From IMG/VR virus record IMGVR_UViG_3300010371_000006, positions 1 to 58,166 of that record: a stretch of 58,166 nt of DNA. One strand, 5' to 3'. This document shows, piece by piece, positions 1 through 9,515 of the stretch; position 1 is the first letter of the stretch, and every line of letters starts with the position of its first letter. Below the pieces are notes generated by a model. That model searched no databases, had not been told where the DNA came from, and was given only the letters and a program-made list of their open reading frames with translations. The DNA is from a virus. Lineage: Duplodnaviria > Caudoviricetes. The translations under genes were made by a program, and so were the position numbers.

Positions 1-123
1 TGCAGCTCGGTGTCACGCAGGAGCTCGCGCTCCCAATCCGCGAGGTCGGGCAAGAGGTGGAAGGCGAGGCCGATCGCGTGGTTCGTCATACATACATCAT
101 ACCACCCCAGCATACCCTGTCAA
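1..123. repeat. Terminal direct repeat copy 1 (circular-assembly overlap)
   Basis: Identical to 58044-58166; the gene starting at 58132 and its promoter read across the junction. Confidence 0.95.
96..123 (-). promoter_or_regulatory. SigA-type promoter, leaderless (same site as 58139-58166)
   Basis: TTGACA-N16-TATGAT with a TGn extension; ATG lies 6 nt after the -10 box. Confidence 0.75.
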
Positions 124-145
124 TGATGGGTGCGCGGCGATATCG

Positions 146-211
146 AGCCCCCTCAGACAAGATCGGACCGTGCGGAATGCCAGCATACCTCATCTCGAGA
201 TCTTGCCTCAG
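146..211. repeat. 66-bp tripartite element, copy A
   Basis: Aligns without gaps to 977-1042 and 56553-56618; inverted arms flank a GGAATGC(C/T)AGCAT core. Confidence 0.85.
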
Positions 212-326
212 CGGCGCTCAGGAACAGATACACCCCTATACATACTACGTATCATCCCCACACCTTAAGATGCGCCGGCGCATACACACCGGTGCGCCCC
301 GAGGGGCGCATGGTAAGCGGTGTATG

Positions 327-761
327 TCAGACCTCGTCGAGTTCGATGTCGTCGAGCTCGTCGTCGGTCTCGTTCATGATCCCGTCGAGATCGGACTCCG
401 AGGGCTCGTCGGCGTCGTCGGCGATCAGCGCCTCCTCGTTGGTGTACTCCTCGTCGAGTTCGGCGATGTCGGCCTCGGTGACCGCGCCCTTGGCGGCCTC
501 GGCGGTCGCCGCCTCGACGGCGGCGGCGATGCGGGCGTTGGCCCGCTCGATCTTGGCGGCCTCCTGCGCGGCGGACCAGCTGGCCCAATTCTTCTTGACC
601 TTCGCGAGCTGCGTCGCGGTCAGCTCGATGTTGTACCGGCCGCCCTTGCCGACCGACTCGATCCCCGAGAGATCGGAGCGCAGGAACTTGCGCAGCTCCT
701 TCGGGTTCGGCGCGCCGATCGCCTCGGTGAGCGTCGCGGTCGTGTACGAAACCTTCGCCAT
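327..761 (-). CDS. HTH-type DNA-binding protein with acidic C-terminal tail
   Basis: PKELRKFLRS...VGKGGRY motif shared with 10835-11434; RBS GAAGGGGA; own promoter. Confidence 0.7.
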   Translation of the reverse strand: MAKVSYTTATLTEAIGAPNPKELRKFLRSDLSGIESVGKGGRYNIELTATQLAKVKKNWASWSAAQEAAKIERANARIAAAVEAATAEAAKGAVTEADIAELDEEYTNEEALIADDADEPSESDLDGIMNETDDELDDIELDEV

Positions 762-811
762 GATGTTCCCCTTCGTTCGTCGGGGGGCGATTGCCCCCTT
801 GCGATGAGATA

Positions 812-840
812 ATCATTGCACCCCCAGCGCCCCCTGTCAA
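812..840 (-). promoter_or_regulatory. SigA-type promoter
   Basis: TTGACA-N17-AATGAT with a TG extension. Confidence 0.7.
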
Positions 841-976
841 GCTCCAAATCACCTCAAATCGGACGACTTTCGAAGATCTTTTGGGATTTTGCTTGGTAAA
901 ACTTCGGCGCGCAGCCTTGACAACGTTAGATCAGTATGGTATCGCGCGTGCGCGCCATATATAATCGCCCCGTATA

Positions 977-1042
977 AGCCCCCTAAGGCAAGATCGGTCT
1001 CGCCGGAATGCCAGCATGCCCCGTCATCTGATCATGCCTCAG
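977..1042. repeat. 66-bp tripartite element, copy B
   Basis: AGCCCCCTAAGGCAAGATCGG-N6-CGGAATGCCAGCAT-N12-GATCATGCCTCAG. Confidence 0.85.
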
Positions 1043-1118
1043 AATTCCCGTGCGGAATTCCATTCTTTGTTATCCATTCGTTATGTAGCTCGTATTCGCT
1101 CGCCTTTGACCCCCGTTA

Positions 1119-1159
1119 CGTGATTGATATGATCCATTTATGAGATCATATCAATCACG
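1119..1159. repeat. Perfect 16-bp inverted repeat
   Basis: CGTGATTGATATGATC-N9-GATCATATCAATCACG. Confidence 0.85.
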
Positions 1160-2005
1160 GGGCGCCATTTCTTACTCTCACGATTGGATAACGCCGCCAA
1201 CCGATCACGTCTGGGATGTCCGTTTTGACGTGGTATGTCCCGGTACCGGAGATCGGAGAGATTTTTCCGGCGGAAAGTCCCCAAGAGTCTGATTTATATA
1301 TCTATATATATCTATATATCTTTTTTCTGACCGCGCGCGCCTCGTTTCTTCCCACACCGCCGACGTGTGATGCCGCGAGCGCAGGTTAGACCGACCGTTT
1401 CGCCCTTCATTCCCTCCGTTGGTTCTCAGGATCTCAGGAGCGAAAATCTGGGGTTTAAACCGAGATTAACCATGGTTCTACCGTGTTCTCTCGAGAGTTT
1501 TCCGAAGGTAATGCCCGAGTAAAATAACCACGTGTCTGTTTATTGCTGCTCGGCTTTTTATTGTCAGTGTCGATTGATGTACACCTATTTGCATCATCTT
1601 CTATCAGGCATTTCGCACTTTCCATCAGCGTTTTGATCATGAAATCTCTGAGCGTGATCGGCGATTTTACTAGGTTTTTGCCAAAGATTATCTCAGGGTT
1701 TTACTCTCAATCCTACCCATTCCTCTCGGAGTGTTGACTCAACCCCAGTAGAGTGTATACGGAACCCCAGCTATTCCGTGAAAGGTCGCCACGTGACCGA
1801 ACTCCAGCGAGTCGTGGATAGCTGTCGCACCTCTGATTCACCCCACGTGGATATATCGTCGCCTCAGTGTTCAATCGTGGTAGGGTATGATCCTCCCCGA
1901 TCTATGAAAGCCTTCAGACACACTCCTAAGACTCGAGCATAGCGTCGACGATCAATCAGTCGCACCCATATATGCCCGAGCCTTAGAAGAGCGATTCGTC
2001 AATCC

Positions 2006-2668
2006 CTAGGTAGCACGATTATCAATCGCATCGATCGCGTCGACGATCGCTTGCCCGACGATCGCACCCTTAGGACCGTTGCCCCTGCCCCCTTCAACCC
2101 TTCCCTTCAGGGGCATCACCGCCATAAGCTCCCCAGTGCCCAGATCAACGCCCACGCCCAGAGCTGCAAGCTCTGCAGCCACATCACGAGCGATGGCACG
2201 AAGTCGCTTGTCCGCCCTCCCCTTGATCTCAGCAGCCTCCTCCATTCCCACCCCAGCGACGCGACCAGTGCTTCCCCGTGATGCGCCACGCGAACCGCGG
2301 CGAGCAGAGCCACCGCTACGGACAACGAGCTCCGCCATTCGGGCTTCAGAGCGATCAGTGACTCGAGTGCGACCCCCAGCTCCACCTCCCATATTCTTCG
2401 GATCAGCAGCCACGGCCACCTCTTCAGCACGGCTCTGTCCATCACCTCCCGCACCAAAACCAGCCCCTCCCTCACCTATCAGCGATAAATCCCACAACAG
2501 CTCGTAGGCCCTCACCAGCTGCGGCGGCAGCATGTAGAGCACCTCCACACCCACCCGGCTGTGAGCGACGCCGGCGGCGGCGCCTATCTCATGCAGCCGG
2601 GCCCTCACCATGGCGTCGACCTGCGACATCGGCACCATCTTCTGCCGGTCATCCTTACTCGCCATCAT
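2006..2668 (-). CDS. Hypothetical protein (Gly/Arg-rich)
   Basis: Last of a chain of abutting leftward ORFs; start inferred. Confidence 0.6.
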   Translation of the reverse strand: MMASKDDRQKMVPMSQVDAMVRARLHEIGAAAGVAHSRVGVEVLYMLPPQLVRAYELLWDLSLIGEGGAGFGAGGDGQSRAEEVAVAADPKNMGGGAGGRTRVTDRSEARMAELVVRSGGSARRGSRGASRGSTGRVAGVGMEEAAEIKGRADKRLRAIARDVAAELAALGVGVDLGTGELMAVMPLKGRVEGGRGNGPKGAIVGQAIVDAIDAIDNRAT

Positions 2669-3011
2669 CACTCTTCCTGTGTCGGCCAGCCTCACGTCGC
2701 TCCGATATAGCCCGAGCTATGATGACGTTGGAGGTGTGGGGTGGAAATGTGTGGAGCGCCCACATCCACTCCTCGTCGGTCAGCGTAGCGACGATCCCAT
2801 CAGCGGCCCGCTCACGTTCGATCATGGCCAGTGTGCGGGCCTTGATCAGCCTCAGCAACTCCACCCTCGGCGTGTCGTCGTTCACGGTCGTGTCAGACCA
2901 CAGCACGTGGATAGCCTCGCGGTCGGCTATCGCCCTGTGTTCGTCGGACAGACCGAGCCGCCAGCGCAGATAGTCCGTGCTGGCGGCCCACTCCTTGGTG
3001 CCTGTGTTCAC
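2655..3011 (-). CDS. Hypothetical protein
   Basis: Tightly packed between neighbouring ORFs. Confidence 0.6.
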   Translation of the reverse strand: MNTGTKEWAASTDYLRWRLGLSDEHRAIADREAIHVLWSDTTVNDDTPRVELLRLIKARTLAMIERERAADGIVATLTDEEWMWALHTFPPHTSNVIIARAISERREAGRHRKSDDGE

Positions 3012-3013
3012 TA

Positions 3014-3280
3014 CTAGCTCAACCTCAGATCATCCCAGTCGGTGATGTAGTTCAGATCCAGCGTGTGGTCAGGGTCGAGCATGTCCCACAGCTCGGTGGT
3101 GTCGATGCCGAACGGACCCGGTGTCAGATCGCCGGCGGCGTCGACGACCTTCTTCAACATCGGAGCGATATACTCCGTGATGAGCTGAGAGACTACGGCG
3201 TCAACCTCTCGACCCTCGCCCTGTCGCAGCTCCTCGGTGAACATCTCCGAGAGAGCCTGCATCATGCTCCGATCAGACAT
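3014..3280 (-). CDS. Hypothetical acidic protein
   Basis: TGATG start/stop coupling with the upstream ORF. Confidence 0.65.
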   Translation of the reverse strand: MSDRSMMQALSEMFTEELRQGEGREVDAVVSQLITEYIAPMLKKVVDAAGDLTPGPFGIDTTELWDMLDPDHTLDLNYITDWDDLRLS

Positions 3281-3759
3281 CAGAGCTCCACCCAGTCGAC
3301 GACCGGCTCGTGCAGATACCAGTCCTCGAACTTGGGCGAGACCGGCGATCCGGTGGCCACCCCGGCGATGGCGTCAGCGACTCCAGCCTCATAGGCGGCC
3401 TTGACCATCGCCTGCAGGTCGTCGACCACCCGGCGAGCAGAGATCCTGAGGTTCTCCTGAGTGACCGAGGGCAGCTTCTTGTATCCCTCAGCCTCACCAC
3501 TCATGACCTCGTCCACACCAGCCCGAGAGACTGCCCCGAAGCCGGCCCTCCCGTCCATGGCGGCGCCCAGCAGCGTCTTCTTGACGGTGGCCATCATCTT
3601 GGCCCGCCGGGAGTTGAACCGGCCCTTCACGACCCCCCGAGCGCTGTTCTTCAGCGCGGTGGTCTCGGCAGGCACACCGAGTCCGAGCTCGAGTCCATCA
3701 TGATCTCGCCTCTGATCCATCCCATCCTCCTCATCCACTTGTACAATGTCCTGAACCAT
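3280..3759 (-). CDS. Hypothetical protein
   Basis: ORF in the leftward operon; start uncertain. Confidence 0.6.
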   Translation of the reverse strand: MVQDIVQVDEEDGMDQRRDHDGLELGLGVPAETTALKNSARGVVKGRFNSRRAKMMATVKKTLLGAAMDGRAGFGAVSRAGVDEVMSGEAEGYKKLPSVTQENLRISARRVVDDLQAMVKAAYEAGVADAIAGVATGSPVSPKFEDWYLHEPVVDWVEL

Positions 3760-3926
3760 CCGAGACTGACCTGCAGTCCCACGACCCAGACTCCTCGTAT
3801 CTCAGCCGGGCCCTCGGTCCACATCGTCCAGCCTGCGGCGATCACTGTGCCCATGGCCAGCCCAGTGATCAGGCATCCCACCCAGAGGCCCAGATACATA
3901 CCCACCCATCGGGCCAGCCTGCTCAT
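3651..3926 (-). CDS. Putative membrane protein
   Basis: Hydrophobic N-terminal segment; RBS GAGAGGA. Confidence 0.5.
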   Translation of the reverse strand: MSRLARWVGMYLGLWVGCLITGLAMGTVIAAGWTMWTEGPAEIRGVWVVGLQVSLGWFRTLYKWMRRMGWIRGEIMMDSSSDSVCLPRPPR

Positions 3927-3933
3927 TCCTCTC

Positions 3934-4224
3934 TCACTCTCTCGTGTCGGTGGCTTCCTCGTTGTTGAGCCTCGAGATCTCCTCGAGACATCCCAGGCAG
4001 GTGACGTGGCGGTGATTGTAGGTCGACTTGAGCTTCGACCTCATCATCCCCTTGGCCGGCTCGTTCAGCCCGCACCCGATGATCTTGGTGCCGCCGGAGC
4101 CTCCCTTGTTGCGGTCAACGACCTCCTTGATCCAGTGGATGTCGCCGGCGACCTTATCCGCCCGCACTATCACCGGGGTGAGCGACTGGTGTCGCTCGGG
4201 CACCCGCTCGTAGTTGCTGCCCAT
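3934..4224 (-). CDS. Hypothetical protein, possibly zinc-binding
   Basis: H...CG...VTCLGC pattern. Confidence 0.6.
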   Translation of the reverse strand: MGSNYERVPERHQSLTPVIVRADKVAGDIHWIKEVVDRNKGGSGGTKIIGCGLNEPAKGMMRSKLKSTYNHRHVTCLGCLEEISRLNNEEATDTRE

Positions 4225-4227
4225 ATG

Positions 4228-4674
4228 TCAGACTCCCGCCCCATCCTTGTAGTCCTTGATCCCCAGACTGTCGTCCGGAGTGTCACTGAGTGAGGCCTGA
4301 CCTCCCCACACCCGGGCTGTCGAGGTGACCCGGGAGATTCTCCCCTTGATCTCGACGGTGGTCGAGTGCGTGGCGATCGTTCGCCCCACTTCAAGCATCA
4401 TAGCCTCTCTCACCTCCCTCGTCAATAGCCGGCCCTCGTTCTGCGCCAGCATGTGATCTACCTCGCGAAAGATGGCGATGCCGTCGACCAGCGGGGCGAT
4501 GATCTCCCACAGGGGGGTGTGAGCCTTCATCATGTCGTCGCTGGCGTCAGAGGTCCAGCCGTTCATGATCATCTCGGCGATGTCGACCCAGTGGTTGGAG
4601 TCGGGGTTCAGGAGCTCCTTCAACCGTGAGGCGAGGTGGGTGGTGATGAGCAGCTTTCTCTCTTCGGGTGTCAT
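4228..4674 (-). CDS. Hypothetical protein
   Basis: ATGA overlap with the upstream ORF. Confidence 0.65.
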   Translation of the reverse strand: MTPEERKLLITTHLASRLKELLNPDSNHWVDIAEMIMNGWTSDASDDMMKAHTPLWEIIAPLVDGIAIFREVDHMLAQNEGRLLTREVREAMMLEVGRTIATHSTTVEIKGRISRVTSTARVWGGQASLSDTPDDSLGIKDYKDGAGV

Positions 4675-4892
4675 GTCAGCATGTTCCTCTCTCGTTGTTT
4701 AACACCCATCTCCTTCATCAGGAAATAGATGTCGGCGATAACGGCCCAACAGTCCTGGCAGTCGACATCGCCCACTCGGTTGTAGCCGCCGCCGAGGGCT
4801 ACCAGCGAGTCGCCCGACTCCATGCGTCGATACTTACCATCTCCACAGATGGGGCCGTACTGGCTGTCCGGGCCGGGCGTTAGGTGTTTCAC
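4671..4892 (-). CDS. Hypothetical protein, possibly zinc-binding
   Basis: H...ICG...VDCQDC; GTGA overlap. Confidence 0.6.
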   Translation of the reverse strand: MKHLTPGPDSQYGPICGDGKYRRMESGDSLVALGGGYNRVGDVDCQDCWAVIADIYFLMKEMGVKQRERNMLT

Positions 4893-5158
4893 CCTCGCCC
4901 CGCCTCGTAGTTGTTGGTGAAGTTGGGCCGAGCCCGTCGCATATAGAACCGGCCGGTCTTACTCTGAGCGACGAAGCGGCTGAGCGGGATACGCTCACCG
5001 GGCACGTAGGTCCAGGGCATCTTGGCGAGCCGGCGGTTGAAGCAGTAGAGACAGACGGTGTCCTTGTCGTGCTCCTTGTGCATATCCATCAGACTCATGC
5101 GCATGCCCCGCATGATCTGAGCACGAAGCTCAGCTTCCTGCATGTCGCCGTTGATCAT
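4889..5158 (-). CDS. Hypothetical protein
   Basis: RBS AGGAGG; CxxC motif. Confidence 0.65.
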   Translation of the reverse strand: MINGDMQEAELRAQIMRGMRMSLMDMHKEHDKDTVCLYCFNRRLAKMPWTYVPGERIPLSRFVAQSKTGRFYMRRARPNFTNNYEAGRG

Positions 5159-5229
5159 CTTATCCTCCTTCTACCTGAGACCCGGTGCAGAGAGTTACCT
5201 CCACACCGGGCGATCGGCGGTCGGGGCGA

Positions 5230-5517
5230 TCAGCCTTCGCCCCATGGGATGGTGAGGCCTCGGTGGGCGAGTACATTGACCGGTTCACCCATGCCCAGAG
5301 CTCGGAGCTTCCTGGCGATCTCGGGTGGCATGTTGCGTCGGTTCTTGTTCATCCACTCGATGAGAGCCTTGCAGGCGGTGCAGGTCAGCTCGTTGTGGTC
5401 GAGGCTGAGTTCCTCGGGAGTCAGGTCGGCGAAGGGCACGAGCTGACAGATGACCTCCCGCTCCTGGTAGGATGGGTAGTGTACGTGGCCGAGTTCGGGG
5501 GTTTCCTTGGGTGGCAT
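5230..5517 (-). CDS. Hypothetical protein, possibly zinc-binding
   Basis: RBS AAGGAGGT; HY...IC...LTCTAC. Confidence 0.7.
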   Translation of the reverse strand: MPPKETPELGHVHYPSYQEREVICQLVPFADLTPEELSLDHNELTCTACKALIEWMNKNRRNMPPEIARKLRALGMGEPVNVLAHRGLTIPWGEG

Positions 5518-5541
5518 TGTTGATCACCTCCTTTCCTTGTT

Positions 5542-5570
5542 AGTATATCAGATCCCGACTTCTCGCGCAA
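5542..5570 (-). promoter_or_regulatory. SigA-type promoter
   Basis: TTGCGC-N17-TATACT. Confidence 0.7.
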
Positions 5571-5820
5571 TGAGCTAGTATCCTACCCCTTACTTTGTCA
5601 CTCAATGGAGCCTGACTACGATGTTATATTATGACCCCGCTGAAGCGAAGCGGGAAGCGGGGGCATAGTATAGTATCCGTGGACCAAGGGGCCAGGGACT
5701 GACCTGCCCTGATCGTTGATCGGGCCGCTTATCATCGGCCGATTTTTTTACCGAAGGTAAAATGCGCGCGCGAGGAGATAATGAGGGGGTATGATTCCTC
5801 GCGTGCGCCCGCGGACTTTT

Positions 5821-7899
5821 TCATTCCTGAAACAGGGCCCACTCGCGGCCTTCTTTGACCACGAGGCCGTAGGTGTGGGCTCGCTGGAGGGCGGAGTGGG
5901 CGTTGGAGGGGGCCATGTTGGCCTCGCGGGCGATGTCAGCGCAGCGGTGTGGACCGGGGCCCAGACGGCGAAGGGCGTTGACGACCTTGGGCTTTCGGGC
6001 GTGGGTCCATTGTTTGGGGGTGTTATCGATGACGGTGGTGCGAGCCTTCGGCTGTGTGACCTCCTCTACTCTGGGGTCGTGTATCTGGGCGCCCACGTCG
6101 AGGGTGTGACGGGGCGACCAGGTGCGCTGGGTGGGGTCGGTGACGAACTCCCAGCGGTTGCTGGGGGCTGTCTTCGACTCTAGCTCCATGGCGAAACCGT
6201 GTTCGCGGGCGGTGAGATAGAGTGAGTCCTCCGCCCAGGCGTGAAGCGCCTGAGAGCCGAGCAGGCGGGTGCCGCCGCGTACCTCGCCCTCGGGCTTGCC
6301 CTTGTTGAAGTGGTGGACGAGCATGATCGTGGTGTCCTCGCGCTTGGCGATACGCGTGAGGGGGTCGAGGATGGTGTTCATCATCTCGCCCATGTGGTTG
6401 ATGTCTGCGCCGCCCATGCCGCGCATGAGGGTGTCTATCAGCACCAGGGCGAACTTCGACTTGCTGCCGTCGCTGTGGGTGACCCCCTCGCGTATGCGCT
6501 GATGTATCATGGCGATGCAGTCGGGGTCGCTCAGGTTCACCCGCTGGTTGTGCACCAGCGTCAGCGGTATGCCCATGGTGTGGGAGGCTTTCGGCGCCCA
6601 GTCGAGACCACCTGAGCTGTTGCGCACGAGGCCCACACCGTCGAACTTAGTCTTCGACTCCCAGATCTGCCTCATACGAGCGCTGAAGAGATACTGACCG
6701 TCCTCGAGTACGAAGTACAGCACGGGGCCTGCGCTCATCACCGAGAACTTGTCGAGGAAGGGTGCGTTGTAGCCTCGGCTCGTGGCGGCGATGGACATGG
6801 CGAGATCCAGTGCCACCCAGCTCTTGCGAGCCTTCGGCTCGCCGCCGATGAATCCCACACTGCCGCGAACCAGCATGTCCTTCACGAGCCACTTCGGCGC
6901 TTTCGCAGTTCGGATGAACTCGTCGGCGGTCATGCCAGCGTAGCTCACCTCCTCGCGCAGTGACTTCTTGCGCTTCTTCCAGGCCGAGGTCGCCTGGTTG
7001 CCCAGGTCCTCGATCTCGGTCGGCCGCCCCTTGAACTTATTCCATCGTGTGGGACGAATGACCGCGACTATCTCTGCGACGGTGCAGCCCACGTCTGCCA
7101 GGCATCGCATGAAGTAGAACATCGGACGGCTACGATCTTCGCCGTCTTCAGGCCCCTTCTCCATACGCGCAAGCGCTGCGGGCGGCATATCATGCCTCAC
7201 CCGATTCAGAACCCGCTCAGCTTCGATGCTATCGACCTGGTCGAACAGCTCAGCGTCGATCGGCACCTCTTCCGAGAGGTTAGGAATCTCAGGCAGAGCG
7301 TTGAAATCCTCGGCCTGGTAGTAGGGGCCGGGCTTCTTATCCCCCCACAGCAGGCGGCCTTTCGGAAACTCCCCGTCGACCTCATACTGTGATTTGTGGT
7401 TGACCCACCCCGGCAACCTGAGCAGCTGGGTGGTGTCCCACCCACTGGGGTCGGCGTCGACCAGGTAGGTCATGCGATGGTTGTCCGCCCCCTTACGAGA
7501 GGCGCCGTAGAGATCCTCAGCCTCAGGATCCTCGAGCAACCACAGCGCCTGATATCTGCCCGGCGAAGTCTCCCACGCTACGGTCGGCCTCCACTGAGGG
7601 TCGATCTGCCGAGGGTCAGCCTCGTCGAGATCCGCCCACAGGCAGTACTCTTCCTGCGCGTAGGGCACCCGGCGCTGATCCTCGCTGAAGAGCATCGGAC
7701 ACCAGTAGAGGTCGTGATCCTCGTGAGCCACCATGTGGTCGAGGACCTCAAGGCGATCGGTCGGCCAGTAGAACGACTTGGTGTGGAACGTGCGGTTGCT
7801 GCCTTCCACCCAGGGAAAGAAGCAATAACCTTCGTTGTCATCCGACCCCCATGCCTGCGATATAATCGCCAGTATGCGGTCGGCTTCGTTAATCATCAT
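5821..7899 (-). CDS. DNA primase-helicase (RepB-like primase, RecA-family AAA_25-like helicase, C-terminal HTH)
   Basis: LWADLD, WETSPGRYQALW and LLRLPG primase motifs; Walker A GEPKARKS; Walker B LVLIDT; VHHFNK and RLLGS motifs. Confidence 0.88.
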   Translation of the reverse strand: MMINEADRILAIISQAWGSDDNEGYCFFPWVEGSNRTFHTKSFYWPTDRLEVLDHMVAHEDHDLYWCPMLFSEDQRRVPYAQEEYCLWADLDEADPRQIDPQWRPTVAWETSPGRYQALWLLEDPEAEDLYGASRKGADNHRMTYLVDADPSGWDTTQLLRLPGWVNHKSQYEVDGEFPKGRLLWGDKKPGPYYQAEDFNALPEIPNLSEEVPIDAELFDQVDSIEAERVLNRVRHDMPPAALARMEKGPEDGEDRSRPMFYFMRCLADVGCTVAEIVAVIRPTRWNKFKGRPTEIEDLGNQATSAWKKRKKSLREEVSYAGMTADEFIRTAKAPKWLVKDMLVRGSVGFIGGEPKARKSWVALDLAMSIAATSRGYNAPFLDKFSVMSAGPVLYFVLEDGQYLFSARMRQIWESKTKFDGVGLVRNSSGGLDWAPKASHTMGIPLTLVHNQRVNLSDPDCIAMIHQRIREGVTHSDGSKSKFALVLIDTLMRGMGGADINHMGEMMNTILDPLTRIAKREDTTIMLVHHFNKGKPEGEVRGGTRLLGSQALHAWAEDSLYLTAREHGFAMELESKTAPSNRWEFVTDPTQRTWSPRHTLDVGAQIHDPRVEEVTQPKARTTVIDNTPKQWTHARKPKVVNALRRLGPGPHRCADIAREANMAPSNAHSALQRAHTYGLVVKEGREWALFQE

Positions 7900-7973
7900 G
7901 TTAGCGATAATATCATCATCATGAACGGGGATTCAATACCGGCGCCAACTGAGAAGCCGATCATCCAGGATAG

Positions 7974-8003
7974 TTGACCAACCGCGCGGCGAAGCGATAT
8001 ACT
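7974..8003 (+). promoter_or_regulatory. SigA-type promoter
   Basis: TTGACC-N18-TATACT. Confidence 0.7.
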
Positions 8004-8033
8004 GGTAGCACGCAATCGATTGAAGGGGCGCAC

Positions 8034-8459
8034 ATGGCAGACTTTGAGCCCAAGACCTGGGTGGTGGCGAGGGACACACCGACACTGCTCGGTGTTGGAC
8101 GGGTCATAGACACGCCATCGTACTCCTCGCCCCGCCTGACCTGGGCTGAGTTCGGGCCGCGAGGCAGCAAGACCACTTCGGCCTTCGAGCCTGGTGAGCT
8201 GATGCCGTACGGTGAGTGGATCGCCACTCATAACCACCAGACGCCTCGAGTCGGGATCATCTACGACAAGGTCGTGATGCCCGACACCGATATGCCGTGC
8301 ACCCACATCGACATCCCAGGCCCGAGACAGCCCCATATGGCCGTCTCGCTCGATCGATTGCGCGAGATGATCGACCAGGAAGAGTTCACTGAAACGCACA
8401 GAATTGGGAGGTCTAGGCATGAACAAGCGACAGATGATCAAGGCTGCGCAAGAGCTTAA
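8034..8459 (+). CDS. Hypothetical protein
   Basis: ATG after RBS GAAGGGG, downstream of the promoter. Confidence 0.6.
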   Translation: MADFEPKTWVVARDTPTLLGVGRVIDTPSYSSPRLTWAEFGPRGSKTTSAFEPGELMPYGEWIATHNHQTPRVGIIYDKVVMPDTDMPCTHIDIPGPRQPHMAVSLDRLREMIDQEEFTETHRIGRSRHEQATDDQGCARA

Positions 8460-8670
8460 GGAGACGTTCAACCCCCTGACCGACCCGGCGAGTCAGGGCG
8501 ACGACGTCATGCTGACCGTCGAGATGGCGGCCAAGATCGTGGCAGTCGCCGAGCGGTACCTGCTCGTCCAGTCGATCATCGACAACAACACCCGGCGCAA
8601 GCCCAAGAAGTCGACTGCCCACTTCGCCGGCACCGCCAACTGCGGTCCGGACTGCTGCGAAGCCCGCTGA
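8419..8670 (+). CDS. Hypothetical protein
   Basis: RBS GGGAGG; GC3-biased codons. Confidence 0.65.
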   Translation: MNKRQMIKAAQELKETFNPLTDPASQGDDVMLTVEMAAKIVAVAERYLLVQSIIDNNTRRKPKKSTAHFAGTANCGPDCCEAR

Positions 8671-8679
8671 GAGAGTTAC

Positions 8680-9201
8680 ATGATTCCGCTGCCCGAGCTC
8701 CTCAAGAACGACAAGACGTACGCCAAGTTCTTCCGCACAGTACCGCCGTTGTACCCGATACAGGTTGAGAAGGGCCGCGAACCCTGGCGGCTGTGGGTCA
8801 AGATGACCCCTGATGGTCCTTGGAGGAAGAAGAATGTCGGTCTCTACTCCGCCGCGGTGGGATACGTTCTCGATCGGATCGACGACGTATACGACGCGGC
8901 TGTCCAGTCACGGTCTCGATCGTATGGCCCGCCTGATCGTCTCATCCGCCTTACGCAGGGAGGAAAGCCGATTCCGGGGCCAGAAGGTGTGCGCCGCACT
9001 ACCTGGCGACCCGCCCCAGAGCTCATACGGGAGTACGGCCCACACGACTGGTGCTACCAGTGCCGCCGGCCGACCGAGTTCGGGTACTACGCAGACCATC
9101 CCGCTTTTCGGGGCACTCTCCTTGAAGGCTTTGCTTCGAACGCTGTTCGTCGTTGCGCTCTGTGCGGCATCAGCCACACTTTCATTCGTTCTTCCCGCTG
9201 A
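8680..9201 (+). CDS. Hypothetical protein with two CxxC motifs
   Basis: WCYQCRRPT...RRCALCG. Confidence 0.7.
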   Translation: MIPLPELLKNDKTYAKFFRTVPPLYPIQVEKGREPWRLWVKMTPDGPWRKKNVGLYSAAVGYVLDRIDDVYDAAVQSRSRSYGPPDRLIRLTQGGKPIPGPEGVRRTTWRPAPELIREYGPHDWCYQCRRPTEFGYYADHPAFRGTLLEGFASNAVRRCALCGISHTFIRSSR

Positions 9202-9215
9202 GATAAGGGGCAACC

Positions 9216-9437
9216 ATGTCCGCAGAGGTATCGTCCGACGTGCAGTGCGACGACTCGCCTACGGGGTTGCACGAGTGGATGGCTATATCCATACAGCACG
9301 GCGTCATAGTCGGTGTGGACAGCACGGGCGCCCCCGTTTTCATCCCGGACGACACTGCGGAATACGGGCTCGATTCCCCGTCCTTGGCCGTGCCGGCTTA
9401 TGGGTGCGCACACTGCAGCGCGCCCTGGGCAGCCTGA
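9216..9437 (+). CDS. Hypothetical protein
   Basis: RBS AAGGGG; C...HEW...CAHC. Confidence 0.6.
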   Translation: MSAEVSSDVQCDDSPTGLHEWMAISIQHGVIVGVDSTGAPVFIPDDTAEYGLDSPSLAVPAYGCAHCSAPWAA

Positions 9438-9454
9438 TCGATCACCAGCTCGCC

Positions 9455-9483
9455 TTGACAAGGCAGCGCTGGGATAGTATACT
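9455..9483 (+). promoter_or_regulatory. SigA-type promoter
   Basis: TTGACA-N17-TATACT. Confidence 0.8.
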
Positions 9484-9515
9484 GCTTAGCGAACTGCCCC
9501 CCATTTTTGGAGACG

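Noticed and set aside
1-123. 123-bp terminal repeat as the true physical genome end
   Set aside because: It cuts through a gene and promoter that read across the junction, so it is more likely an assembly overlap; reads are needed to decide.
917-945. Plus-strand promoter TTGACA-N17-TATCGC
   Set aside because: The -10 box is poor and no credible CDS follows; not listed as a feature, though not excluded.
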